Positions 1-13,109 of a DNA stretch of 64,000 bases are shown here, piece by piece. A model generated the notes under the pieces. The model saw nothing but the letters and a program-made list of their open reading frames with translations. It ran no database searches and was not told the DNA's origin. The stretch is taken from the NCBI GenBank assembly GCA_030141605.1, contig JAQGDQ010000486.1, positions 1-64,000 on the forward strand, written 5' to 3'. This DNA is from Tubiluchus corallicola. Taxonomy: Eukaryota > Animalia > Priapulida. The translations under genes and the position numbers were made by a program. Each line of letters begins with the position of its first letter. Position 1 is the stretch's first letter.

Positions 1-878
1 ATAGACATTTGATACATAATAAGCAGAAAAATCATAACTCTTATTGTAGGTTATTAGTATGCAACGTTCGGAAGACACTACTTTTATAATATTCACGCAT
101 TAGTTCACACAATTTACACACTCTAAACAGAAAAAAATGCGCTTATCGTCGTTGTCTTCGATTGCTGGCATATTTTTCGTTGAAATTTTATTGCTTGCAT
201 TTTAAACTATTAGCCGTAGGTTAAATATAGAGTATTGCAATTGTGTTAACACCTTTATACGAAATACTGAACACATATTCCTTATTCGATTTTTGTTACC
301 TGTGTTTGAAGTTTCATTTCTACAATTAATAAAAATAAAGAGTAAAAGAAATGAATATTTTCTATCAGTTGAGAACTGATCTAAAAAGAAACAGATGAAA
401 CTAGTTGTTATAAGCTCTGTATGTCTACATTGCACCGTTACACATTTCATAAACTTCAGTGCAGATTACCTTTCTACAGAAGCAAATTTTATTGGCCTTG
501 TTATTCTCCGACAAAAGTGAAGCAGATTTCTAAAAATTCTGTAGTTAATTTTCCATGTCGGCGATTAGGTTTTTAAATTCGTCTGACGTGAACGTTCTGA
601 CTCTGTTCCTGTAATTTGCAAGGGATTGTGCGGACATTTTCACGGACACAGATCGGTTGGATTAAGACTGAATGAAACCAGATTAGAGCGAGAAACTTGG
701 TGGCACGTGATATGACTGCTGTCTTCTTCAGATTGCATGGTTTCTTATGCGAGCTATGAGCGTTAAGCTTCGCTATTGTCGCTTGGCCTTGAGGGACACA
801 ATGAAGCCAGTTTCTAGATGATGCAGAGTAAAACAACAGATTTGTAACTATTGTCTACGGTGTTTACGTCAGCTTTGG

Positions 879-1054
879 AAATCAAGCGTTGCTTTATGGT
901 CTCCAAGTCTGTTCAGTAAATTTCTTCAACCCGAGTAAGAAAATCAGGTTCAATGTTGATCTTTGTAACTTCAAAATTCATAACCTCGGATCTTCAGAAA
1001 TGCGTTCAAGCTATACTTCATTAGCTGTGGTTAATTTTCCTTTCAAGTTTTAAG
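879..1054. repeat. Diverged direct duplicate, copy 1 (copy 2 at ~2363-2531)
   Basis: Shared collinear blocks aaatcaagc / gttcagtaaatt / gttcaatgttg / tcaagctatacttcatt / tttcaagtttt. Confidence 0.8.
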
Positions 1055-3601
1055 TATTCAGGGACGTACAATGTCTACATGATGTGAATCAATTGTCCTC
1101 AACTAAATTACTTAAACATGTATATGTAAGTTGTATTCGCAAATGTGTGATATGAACTTGTGTTTACGTACATTTTATTAATTACGCTAAATTGCTATTT
1201 TTAGTTGAGCCCTTCAGTTCAGTTAAAATGTTTGCAAATCAGGCTTGCTTAAAGAATGAAACAAAGCAACAGGTAGTTTTTGTTCTGCGTTTTAATTCGT
1301 TTTTCTACAAACTTTTGCAACTTATTAATGTTCCAATACTTATATCAAGATTGTACAATGTAGTGAATGTCCGCGTATGACAGATTGGACCTGCGTCGTA
1401 TAATTAGAAGTAGGAAAAACAATACTGAATATATTCAGATCGAAATGTGCAAGCATTACTATGTTTATCATTTGACTATGCCTGGGCTAGTTTCAATTTA
1501 TGTGAAAAACTGTAGATTAATGCCGTCATGGTGACTGACCATTTGCAAGGTGCTCGCAGATAATTATCACTTGACTATGCCTGGTGCAGTGCGGTTTGTT
1601 CACCAGTTTGCGTCTGTTTTCATATTTTGGTTTCTATCTCGACCTCTTAAACAGTCTCAACTTTTTCAACCGTATGATTGCCTTAATCCCTACCATACCC
1701 TGCAAATTACCGGGTTATTCAATGTTCGTCCACTGTTAACAAAAAACGCATGGATTCTCTTTCCACGGATTAAAAGGTAACTTTCGTAGTTAACTACATT
1801 TTTAAGCAGCAGCCTTTAGTTGCGCGTTGTTTCTTGTTCACACACTGCCCTCGCGCGTCATCATCTGTGGTTAGGCCTGACATCGCTCTATACTCACATC
1901 GTGGTTAGACAAACTTCCTCGGGTTAAATGTTGCCATGCATATTTGCATACATGTACGTTAATCGGTTGCTTCTCGACCAAACAACTGTCTAGAATAAAT
2001 CCTGTAAATTCAGCACTGTATTGCAAAGAAAGATAAATGGAACAATCGATGCAGCCAGTCGGGTCTTCCACTTATCATTGCAATGACTCAGTGGACTAGT
2101 TACATGGCTGTACATAATTAGCCGGAATTGAATTTAGTCGTTGCGCAAAGCTGCTCATCTTACAGCCTAGTCGGCTGATTATAGTATTTTGCTGTGATTA
2201 CAATACGCGCCGGTTGTTCTTTGTAATTGCGCACTGGAGAGCAGGCATGACACGCGGATCTCAGCACTTAAACTAGGGTTTATAAATGTGTTATATATGA
2301 AATACGAAGATTGAACAAATATAAACCTGTATGTATTGGTGTAAATATATAAACCAATATGTAAATCAAGCACTACTTTACGGTATTCATGTCGGTTCAG
2401 TAAATTACTTGAATCTCTAAGGAAATCAAGTTCAATGTTGCTCTTTGTCAGAAATTTTTTAAAACTTTGTACCTCCAGAAACATGCTCAAGCTATACTTC
2501 ATTTGTTTAATTTCCGTTTCAAGTTTTTAAAGGAAAACCTGATACCACAGAAAGATAGATTCGTGTTACATGCATTTCACCATTCGCTAGTTAGACGAGC
2601 ACTAGCCCTTACATTTCGGAAACGCGGTGCACAAACAAACAGGTACCGTACCTCCCAGTTCAGAGGCGTTCAGTTGTGACGTGGTGAACACGTTCGAGAG
2701 TTCACACGTGAGCACAGCGTTAATATATGTGTTTATTATATCATTGGCTGAATAATTGATAAACTGCATAAAAATCAATGCGAGCAAAATCTTCGTAAAA
2801 CGTTTAGACTCAGTTATAATTTAGATAGTCACTGTCGTGGTTGAAGTGTATTGTGGGTTATTGGCTGAAATGTCAGCACCGTAGACGAAGATATGTTTTC
2901 TGAAGAACTGATTTATTAGACATAATATTTAAAATAATGTTATCATGTAAATTAATTGAGCTAATTAGTATTAGTCGAAATCAGATTATTACCAAATCTA
3001 ATAAAAATTTGATAAACAGGTCTAGTTTAAAAAGGTGTACAAGGCTTTAGCGATGCACAGGTATCCTTACATCAGATGTCTACTAGATAACAAGAAAATA
3101 ACCAATTATCTTGTTTTGTAAAATTAATGCAGCGACCGGTTTAAAAGCAAGAATCAAAATGCCCACTGACATTGTCCTAACTATATATTTGGGTGTTCTA
3201 TCTCTGTAATCTAAGATAGTTGGTTGCGTGATCTGATTTGGCCGATTAACTTGAGTGCAAATGCATACATATCTATGTCAAGAGGTGTGTCAAGGTCAGT
3301 GAACAGGTAAATTCATTTCAAGATGAAGACAGCCAAGAATACGTATAAGAATGAAACCATCTAAGAGACATTAAGTAGACGTGTCAGACTGAAGCCATTC
3401 ACAGTTATAATTAATAAGCCACCACCATGGGAGCCATTAGCAAACAGGTAACTCAGTATGACGCTCGTAACAAGGTAACAAGATTCCTAATTCAAATGAA
3501 GCACTGAATCGTATAAGGTCTACATTGTTTAAATGTGAGTGTGAGAATATACAAATACGTGTTCTTTTACAACATTGAATTGGTTTCGTGGTTGAACTAA
3601 G

Positions 3602-4224
3602 ATGATAACTACTAATGATAGTATTTTTAACTACTTAGACAGGTTGCGCATTTTAGATTTACAGCCAGTCGAAGTCAGACGAATAATTTTTGATGTTAAG
3701 ATGGTTTATAAAATATGCCATAAATTAGTAGATTTGTCATTTGGTGCTTTTTTATTATATTCTCGCCCAAAATTTACGTGGCCACAATTACAAATTGTTC
3801 AAACATTATTCTAGATTAGGTCTATACAAATATTCGTTCTCAAATAGACTAGTCCCTATCTGGAATGATCTTAATTATGACTCGGTTAATGCACCAAACA
3901 TTGTCAGTTTCAACAGCAGATTTAACAAGCTGCAACTTTTTAAGCTACGGCCATTTTAATCGTTTTATGTAAGCTATTTTTTCTTTACTGTATGTAGTGT
4001 CCCTCCGTTTTTAAAGTTTTTTAGGTTTTTTAAGTTTTTTCTCTCGTTTAATGATAAAATAAAATTTTTACTGTTTTACTGCCTTTGCATTTGTTTTATA
4101 TCTGTAGTTGTAAATATATTGTATTATATGGCTAACATAAGTACTATGTGTCTACTGCCATTTTCTTTGATAAAAATGTATTTTATAAATCTTTTTAAGT
4201 AAAAATAAATAAATAAAAAAATAA
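3602..4224 (+). mobile_element. 5'-truncated CR1/L2-group LINE 3' end with UTR and A-rich tail
   Basis: YLDRLRILDLQPVEVRRIIFDVKMVYKI...LRGHNYKL...FSNRLVPIWNDL is a typical CR1-type ORF2 C-terminus (one frameshift); ends in (aaat)n. Confidence 0.85.
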
Positions 4225-4687
4225 TGAAATTTATAATTGACTTTTGCAAGTTTTTACAAGAACAAAATGTCTACTGCCAAATGAGCTGCTTTATCTTTCG
4301 CAATTATGACCGTATTTTTGATGGGCAAGCTGTTTTGTACGATCATAGATGAAGAAAGACTCGATTTTGATTCAGAACGGAACGTTATGTTTGCTGAATC
4401 CGAGCAAGTCATTTAGGTTTACAGTGTTTATAGCAAGCCTGCTATTATAGGTTTTACTCATACAACACACTAGTGTTCTGTAGTGTTTTACAACATGTCA
4501 TATCTTGTGTAAGGAAATAGCAAAGGTGCGCCAGGCTTTTATATGGTTACAATTGCTGAAAAAAGGAATGTAGCCAATATTTGCCCAACAGATCGTAAAT
4601 CGTTGCCGTTTGGCTTGCGTTAGTTTGGTAATTAATTTTTCTTTAAATATTTTCGTTTTTTTAAATGTGCTCTTATAAATACGTTCA

Positions 4688-5495
4688 CCTTATTAATGAT
4701 TCGCTTGGTGCCAACGTGTATCTTGTTAACGCATTCACTTGGTGCCAACGTGTATCTTGTTAACGCATTCACTTGGTGCCAACGTGTAGCTTGTTAACGG
4801 ATTTGCTTGGTGCTAACGTGTAGCTTGTTAATACATTCACTTGGTGCCAACGTGTATCTTGTTAACGCATTCACTTGGTGCCAACGTGTATCTTGTTAAC
4901 GCATTCACTTGGTGCCAACGTGTAGCTTGTTAACGCATTCACTTGGTGCCAACGTGTAGCTTGTTAACGCATTTGCTTGGTGCTAACGTGTATCTTGTTA
5001 ACGCATTCACTTGGTGCCAACATGTAGCTTGATAATGCATTCACTTGGTGCCAACGTGTATCTTGTTAATGCATTCGCTCGGTGCCAACGTGTATCTTGT
5101 TAGCGCATTCACTTGGTGCCAACGTGTAGCTTGTTAACGCATTCACTTGGTGCCAACGTGTATCTTGTTAACGCATTCACTTGGTGACAACGTGTAGCTT
5201 GTTAACGCATTCACTTGGTGACAACGCGTAGCTTGTTAACGCATTCACTTGGTGACAACGTGTATCTTGTTAACGCATTCACTTGGTGCCAACGTGTATC
5301 TTGTTAACGCATTCACTTGGTGCCAACGTGTAGCTTGTTAACGCATTTGCTTAGTGCCAACGTGCACCTTGTTAATACATTCACTCGGTGCCAACGCGTG
5401 CCTTGTTAACGCGTTCGCTTGGTACCAACGTGTGCCTTGTTAATGCATTCGCTCGGTGCCGACATGTACCGTGTTAATGCATTCGCTCGGTGCCA
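4688..5495. repeat. 34-bp minisatellite, about 23-24 tandem copies
   Basis: Unit cttgttaacgcattcacttggtgccaacgtgta(t/g), head-to-tail with no spacers, degenerate at both edges. Confidence 0.97.
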
Positions 5496-8400
5496 TGCAG
5501 TTCCGTTTGCCAATAAATCTGTTTAGCTTCTTACATCAGGTTATACAGCATCTCTTGAGAGCACCGTGCCAAAACTGAAGGAACTGTTGGGTTTTTGTAT
5601 TCTGTGACTTTTTGGCCTCGTTCAAACATAAATCATCTTGAAAACAACGAGCTCTAATGAATGTCTTTAGCGAAAGAAGTCAAGTTTGTTTTTATAGCTA
5701 CTTTCTGTCAAATGCACCCGTGCAAGTGCTCAGTTTGGGCACATTCTCGCTAAATTATCCGGACTTTTACTCAATTCATGGCAACATTTTCGCGTGTTAA
5801 CGCCATATATTACAGCACTTCTTTCTGACTGACGTTTTGCTATTCCATCGTGCAAGCAACCTCCCCATTCTGTCTTGCGTTTTACTAAAGGTACTGTATT
5901 AACGATACTTTGGTTATCCTACATTCTTTGATTTAATTAATATACACAGTATCAATACTTTCGTGGCAAAACCTTGTGGACAAATAAGCAGCCTTTGAAT
6001 TGCACAAACATATTAGAAGTTTCCTTGCCTAAATATCTGACACAACCTTCAGATGTTAAACTACGTTCTTTAGCTGTCTAGACATTTAAAAACTGAATAA
6101 AATTGCAGCCTAGTCCAGCTTCAACATTAATGTCTTATATTTGTAATACTATCTTTAGCAACCGTAGTAAATGTTTACGTGTCATAGGGTAAAAAGTCAC
6201 TCAAGATTTGCCTATATTGGCGCACGTAATCTTGGATTAGGCTACTCTCAACAATTTCTGAAGCCTTCTAAGGACGGAAGTTTCATTTCTAAGGATAGAG
6301 CAGTTAGAATAAAAAATCGCTAATCTTAGTAGAGCCAGGCTGATGTTGCTTGAATTGAACCGATTGTGGAATCGATGTAATTGCAGTTTTATTACTCATT
6401 TCGCCACAACGCGATCACGTGACTGGCGAAATTTCAATTATTTTCAAATTTAGAATTGCGTTTTCGAAAAACTCGTTTCAATCTCTAAAAATTTATGTGA
6501 ACGGTGGCGGATTGCTACGGCTGAGCAGCCAATTCTAACCAGTCGTTTTCGCATGTGTTCTGATTGTAATAGCTCTGCCTGGTTAATGGAAAACATGCAT
6601 CCACGCCTGGCAGTGAATTCCCAAAATATATTCCCCCCAGTTAATGTGGCGGTATCGTGTGAGAACCACGTGGAATTGACGGAGCTGCTAGGACTGGGTA
6701 AGTGGCTTCACTTTTGTTACGTAATGATACTCAGACCCATGTCATACACAGTGATATTATTATTTTTATATCAGTTTCCAAACTACACTTGTCCACTTCA
6801 GCTACTGCATATGTATACTCTGTTTAGATGTAAAATGGGTAAAAGGATAAACAATTGAACAGGTCTCGAAAATAAGTAAGGTATTATTACTAGTCTGTCA
6901 GTTACAACAATAAGGGTAGGTGACTTAAAAAGTAAAGTTGATAATATTATGTTTGATAATTTTTGATATCCTAACAGATATCATTATCAAGTTGCAACAG
7001 CAAAATCGCAGTCTTTAAAAGTGATAGCAGATGTAGGGAATCGAAAAATAAGAATTTTAATAAAATATTGTGGTACAAGCTAAAATCTATGTGTAGTATA
7101 ACCGATGTATGTTTAAATTATTGAGAATGTCGCAATTGTTGCAAATACCGCATTATGAAACAATGCAAATATTTCCAGTATTGTACTGTTATGTGAACTC
7201 CTTGATCTATTATGTGAAAATCTTACACGACACGTCGTTTTTCCTTCAGAAGACATCTTACTATTTTAGTTATCCTCATTTATTATTCTTTGTAAAAAAT
7301 AAATATTTACATATTTCATAAATTGTAAGTAACTATAAAGTATTTGGCTTATTTTTCTGCTGTAGTTACGACAACTTGACTGCCGACAAGGTTTTCATCA
7401 CAAGGCGATTGAATAGTGTCTTGTGCAGCCCTTCCATGCTTAAAAACCCGATGTAACTGAAATTCTACTTCCTCTGTTCTTTGCAGCTGATGGCTCTTGC
7501 TTCCGCTCAAACTAAGTGTGCTGAGCAGATAATTTTGCAGTATTTCTGTTAAGCGAAGAAAATTCGCAACGTTTTATATTTGTCTCGCCGTGATAATCAA
7601 TCGTTTCATCCCTTTTAATAAAGTGCTAAGCGTGTCTGACGAGAAACTTGTAACCCTTTTACTGCCGAAACAAGAGTGTGGACACACGCCATTCGGCTAC
7701 AATTAGATTAATGTGATATTAAACAGCATAAATTGAACTGTAGATGAATTGTGTACTGATCTCGTTTAACATCGTGTAAATTATTTATTTCTCAGTGGGG
7801 CGAGGGTAGTACCCTGTGGGACTCCAAAAAATGCATCATAGCGGTCAGCCTCTGACTGCTTTTGTTACTGTCACAATTTTATTAGGAAGAGCAGCAGATG
7901 GTTACTTTCTATTTGTCCCATTTCAAAACAAAATAAACTTGTATTCAGATAAACGAGAAGGCAAACCATTTCACTATTGTTCTAATTGAGTTCTATGTTT
8001 ATATGGCGCACACTCGTCAGAAGTTTCACGAATTATTTAATGGATGTTTCGAAAATTTCCCACTTGCTGACATTTGCCATTTCTTACAATGCAAAACATT
8101 CACTCTTCGCTGGCAGTTTTCCATTGTTGCATTCGATCACTCTATCTGCGTCAAAGCTAATCAACATTTCAATCACTCGTCGGGGATTTCTTCTCGAGGG
8201 GTGAAAACGATGCCATCTCCTATAATAAGCTCCTATAGATCGATTGCCAAGTCGCAAGCTTGCTCTTGATTGCATGCAATCTCGTAATACTAGAATACTC
8301 GCGCATTAATCTGTACATTTCAGCAGCCTTCAAATACTGATCGAAGCTAATTGTGTCTAAAATTAATTTCTCTTGTACCGGCCGCCTACAGCCGTTTTGT

Positions 8401-8629
8401 TAAATAGAGCAACTCAAATTTAAACCTTTTTTGCTGATTGGAAGCCAGGCGCAGGGCTAATGGCAGCTAAACTCACTGTTAATGTCGTATGTATGAGGTT
8501 CTCACTGTTTATTCTACAAAGGCTCTGTAGCCAATGTATCTTCTAAATCTGGTCTTTTAGCAAATGTTTGAATTTGGGTCCTGTAATTGTAACATTATGT
8601 CGCATTATGTAACATACTTTTACGATTGA

Positions 8630-8945
8630 ATGTGATGATAGCAGTGGTCGCAATGGCCATAATGATGATGATGATGATGAGAAATGGTAATTGTGACAAG
8701 GACAAAGAAGAGAAAGATGAACATAAGAATGGAGAAAGATAAAGATTATTGTGACGACTGACGGCTGCAGTGATGATTTTATTGGTGGTGGCGGTGGCGG
8801 TGGCGGCGGCGGCGGTGATGACGATGATGGCGGCAGCGGTGGCGATGGTGATGTTGATGATGATGATGACAGTTATGGCGACTGTGACGATGACGATGGT
8901 GGTGATGATAATGATAATGAGGATGATGGTGATGGTTATGAAGAG
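8630..8945. repeat. Degenerate (GAT/GGY)n trinucleotide tract
   Basis: Runs of gat, ggt, ggc and gac; produces spurious low-complexity ORFs in several frames. Confidence 0.9.
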
Positions 8946-10189
8946 AGGAAGAAGCCAGGAAAGGAGAATAATTGAATAAGACAAACGATGGTAATAACCG
9001 TTACAACAACCTCGAAGTATAACAACAAAAGGCTTCTCTCAGTAAGTCATTCTTTCAAGTGAAATGCCAGACTTATTTTTCGCGGTTGCTTCTGTCTTTC
9101 CGGAAGCAACTGCAATGTAATTTCTCTTTTTCCGCGACGTGTTATCATAATACCCAAAGAGAGTTGTGCTAGATGTAATCTTGATATCCTCATTAGAATT
9201 CCATCTCTTGTGTTGTGTCCATGCTGGGTTTCAAATCTTCAATGAAATTATGCTGCAGGCTATATATAAAGCGACCTTGTGGATGGCACGTATTATATTA
9301 AATTCTGTAATTTAGCTTCATATTGCTTGAGATTAACAAATTCCTCGTTATTAATCTGTTTTATGGCTTCAAGTATTTATGGACATTTGGAATTTTATTG
9401 CCAAGAGACAGCGAACTCTCACAATTCTTCATGAACTACAGTATGTGTGAATATAAAGATGAGGATTTGCAGCAAAAAAAGGATCAATTTAAGCAACGTG
9501 AAAATAGGTCTATATCCGAGGGTGTTTCTTGCTGCCTGTTTAATATACTTTCAAACTGGCCAAGCACGGCAGCAATCCTGTACCAGCGTCAAATATCCAG
9601 GCGAATAAGCTGAAATGCTTTAAGCTAAGGTAATATTAGAATTTATATCACTTGAAATTATCGAAATTGTAAAACAGATTTTTTCATAGTGTCTCAAGAT
9701 AATCAGAAAAAACAAACAATTTTCTTCAAGACTGGCGGTATTTCATCCAGCTTCTAGCTGTTTCCAGTGTTATTTGATGTCCTATGATTTTTGTGCGCCC
9801 CTTTAATGAATGAAGGATATGCAATGTGCTCTGTGCCTCTGTGATACAAATTGAAACAGTAAAGACGATAGATATCGCTTGAAAGTCGGTCTGGTTGCGG
9901 TGAAGATTATAGTTATACCGTTTAATCTGTCCTTTCCAAGTCCTTGGCAAGATTTCTACGAGTATTATTGCAGAGTTAATCGACGCGCATAGCAATGGCA
10001 ATTAAATGAATCCAATCAGAAGCCAGTAGTCAGGAAAGTCTCGTTATATTAGCCATCAGCACTTTTCGCGTAATTGTCTGTATTGACAGACTCGTGTAAA
10101 TATGATATATAGCTGCATAAGCTGCTGTAGAATTTTTCTGACGAAATTACCCAGATTTTATTGAAATGAATGGGCATGATTCCCGACGA

Positions 10190-10290
10190 TAAAGAGTTGG
10201 AAGTTGATAATATCTTATAATATGAAGCGAGAAAAGCGGTTTGAAAAGACCGACATGGGCGGGATTTGAACTCTCGATAACTACGGTTGA
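10190..10290 (-). mobile_element. Partial tRNA-derived SINE
   Basis: Minus-strand B-box-like gagttcaaatccc (10261-10273) followed by gcccatgtcgg; no intact cloverleaf. Confidence 0.4.
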
Positions 10291-13057
10291 AAAACTTTCA
10301 GGAACTGTTTTGTTGTTTTGCAGATAGTTGAGTATCAATATTATCAGCCATACATCATGTGTATATGCAATATGATTGTTGTAAAATTTCACTGTTCGAA
10401 TTTCAGTAAAAAATATATTTTTCGTGTCCCGAGAAGTTTGGCTCTTGACTGGGCAAATTTGGCCCAAAAAGGTCATCCAGAAAGGCTGATCACATTTGGC
10501 CCAAATATGGTCAACGGGTTCTCTAATTACTTTTACCGTAAATTTACAACTTTTATCCTTGTGATCTCGCAGAATGCTAGTGTTTGTCTTATAAGTGTTT
10601 ATGTAAAACTTGTAAAGTATAAATTAATGTTTATGTAACTGTTTATCCCTGGAAGAATATCATCAATTGTGTACTCCTATCTGGGACTTTGTGTCTTTTT
10701 AAATTTTGTTGTTTATTGTAATAAAGTTTATTTTTTTAATAAGTTAGTTCATTTAGATTCAAAAATGTCGATTTCACATCTGAGGAAGGACTGCCAACTC
10801 ATTATCTACTCCCAAAGTGTTAAACTAACTAGCTGCTTAGTTGATGTTTTTAATCTATCCACAACTGATTTTTTACCGAAATTTTGAGCACTAAACGTTT
10901 CTTTAATAACAACTTTTATTGCCTTGATTTGGTTGTAAGCCATATCTAACCTTATGTTGATATGTTTCCTGTTTACAATATGCTTCGTAAAGTCATTATT
11001 TTCTCCTTATACAAACTCAATGCCATTTCTCTGTTGATGTGGTCTAAGGTTTCTTCTAGAAAAATCTGCAGACCTATCAGATGTAATAACTTCCGTATTT
11101 TTTGTTCTGCACGTGCACTATTAGCTTGTTAGCTGCTTCAAATAGGTTTTTCTCTCTTCAAATTTCTGCAGTCATCCTTAATACTTCAATGATTTCAAAA
11201 TTTTTCGAGATTACATGTAGTAGCACTAGCGCTCTACAGAATGATAAACAGTGTGTGGCTTTGTTTATTTCCAAACGTTCAACATTATGGTAAGGTCAGG
11301 ATATCTTTTGCGTTTAATATATGGGTAAAGTAAGTTCGCCCGTAAGTAAGTTTCTCACTTCACAAGGCTACAGCGCCTCTAGTGGAGAATTTATCAAATT
11401 AATTATCGTTGTCTCAACATCGGTTACCAAAGTATTTACGAAACTTTGTACCACACTATAACATCTTGTGCAAATTATAAAATCGTACGCTTCTATTAAC
11501 AAATACTATTGTCGTCATCGTTCGGTAGCTGCCGTCGCCATTGTCAGATCATCTGACGTATATTGATAGTATACTGATTCTGTTCCACCTCTTCAAGAGT
11601 CTGCCCATTCCCTTTTCTTTTTCGTGACTGCGTCATAAATTCCTTGTTTTTGGCGTTCTGTATGCTGACTTCTCTATGCCTCGAGTCATATGCGCACCAC
11701 ATGGGTATCTCAGCAGGAAGTGATGTTTATAGCTCCTCTACCTGGTCTGCGGGCTATAACTGGCTTCCTCATAATCTACAGCATTTGAGGGCTTCTGTGT
11801 ACTGAGGCAAAGGTCATGTCCCAAGAGTGTTATTTGCTCATTTCAGTGACGACAGAAGTTGATCATCTGTTTTTTTACGCTTCCTTGTCATGTTTAAGTG
11901 ATTTGTTTGAGTAAGAACTGTTTCCTTGGGTTTTTCACGGATGCCCATAATGACAGCAGAGATATTATGACGTCAGTAGCACTAGTGGCGTCAATGGCAG
12001 GGCTTACTTTATCTGGAACTGTAGATGGTTGTGGCGAGATTGGATCCTACTCGTTGCGATCAGTGAGAATAGTATGCAGATGCCTCCCTATACAATGAGG
12101 CGGCATAGCGGCTGAAATTGAATAAAAGTCCGCTGTTCACTGTGTTACCAATCCATTTACTAGCCAGACTCAGCGCTGCTCACGTTCTAAATACACACTG
12201 TAGTGACACTCGGCTGTTATAATAATTATAAAAGAGCTATTTTTTGATCATTTTGTACATTTCCAACGTTCGTGTTACAAGTATGACGTGGTAAAATAGT
12301 TTCCTTACTGTGTTAGAGATTTAAGTTACTCAATGTCTTCAGGCACTCGGTGTTGTTCACCATTGCAAATAATTATTGCCGTCTGTGCACACACGTCTAT
12401 ATGTATTTTGCTGAAGGTGTATGCTGTTCTGAGTTTCAGACAAGTTTGGCTTCAGGGTATAGCAGTCTCTTGTATATCTTGTTATAAAATCTCTGCACTG
12501 CATTAAGCCTGATTAGGTACTCAATAAAACTGGTGCATTTATAGCTTAGACCACACATACTTACAAACAAACAAGCCACTTTTAAAGGGGCCTTAGGGAT
12601 ATTTTATTGCGGTGTTTTATCCTTTTTTCAGCTTTTAAGTGCGCATGCAGGAACAGCTATGGTATTGTTAAGACAACTTAGCAGTTTTGCTTCATTATAT
12701 TCAGTATGAATTATTATGTTGCGTAGAAATGAAATAGCGCTGTCTGTAGGTGGCGCTGTCATATTTATTGCCACTGGGAAATCCGCGGCTGTCCTGTGTT
12801 GACTTTGCAAAGTGAATTTATCCTCTCTGATCTTGTAAGCTTCAATGGGAGGCAGAATAAATTCGCTATTTTGAACTACTGTTCACTTGTGTGCGAAGCC
12901 AAGCTCTTTCATGCAGGGCAGAGCGTGTATTGGTGTATTTGTGGTTAGGCTGGACTGTTAAATAATATAACGTTTGTATTATACTGCATGCATCTAAAAT
13001 TGAAACACTAACGTGCCTGGTTCCGGCAGGTGCTATTTGCTCATTTACATCATTTTC

Positions 13058-13060
<3 letters not shown>

Positions 13061-13108
<48 letters not shown>
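13061..13108. repeat. (TAA)16 microsatellite
   Basis: Perfect run. Confidence 0.97.

Positions 13109-13109
<1 letters not shown>

Larger units (their letters stand above)
470..12100 (-). pseudogene. Decayed ankyrin-repeat protein gene remnants (boundaries approximate)
   Basis: Minus-strand translations with stops and frameshifts repeatedly give ankyrin-like pieces: LPLLCASINSAIILVEIL (~9950-10001), NRQQETPSDI (9511-9540), KVALYIACS (~9252-9278), VIEMLISFDADRVIECNNGKLP (~8110-8177), DLLGKYWLH (~4567-4593), KDKAAHLAVD (~4269-4298), DLETIKQRLISKADVNTVD (~855-910). Confidence 0.55.

Noticed and set aside
4300-4420. Plus-strand MGKLFCTII... as a reverse transcriptase fragment
   Set aside because: Too short and degenerate, and the opposite strand nearby fits the ankyrin pseudogene equally well
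4688-5495. CRISPR-like array (34-bp palindromic repeats)
   Set aside because: Units are contiguous with no unique spacers, no cas genes are present, and the context is eukaryotic
6553-6858. 101-aa ORF with an internal gtaagt donor at 6698 as the first PLEKHA exon
   Set aside because: The donor is phase 1, incompatible with the phase-2 acceptor at 25558; the RTTW-like frame hits a stop; no recognisable WW sequence
8595-8984. Gly/Asp-rich and Ile/Thr/Ala-rich ORFs
   Set aside because: Artefacts of a trinucleotide tract open in several frames
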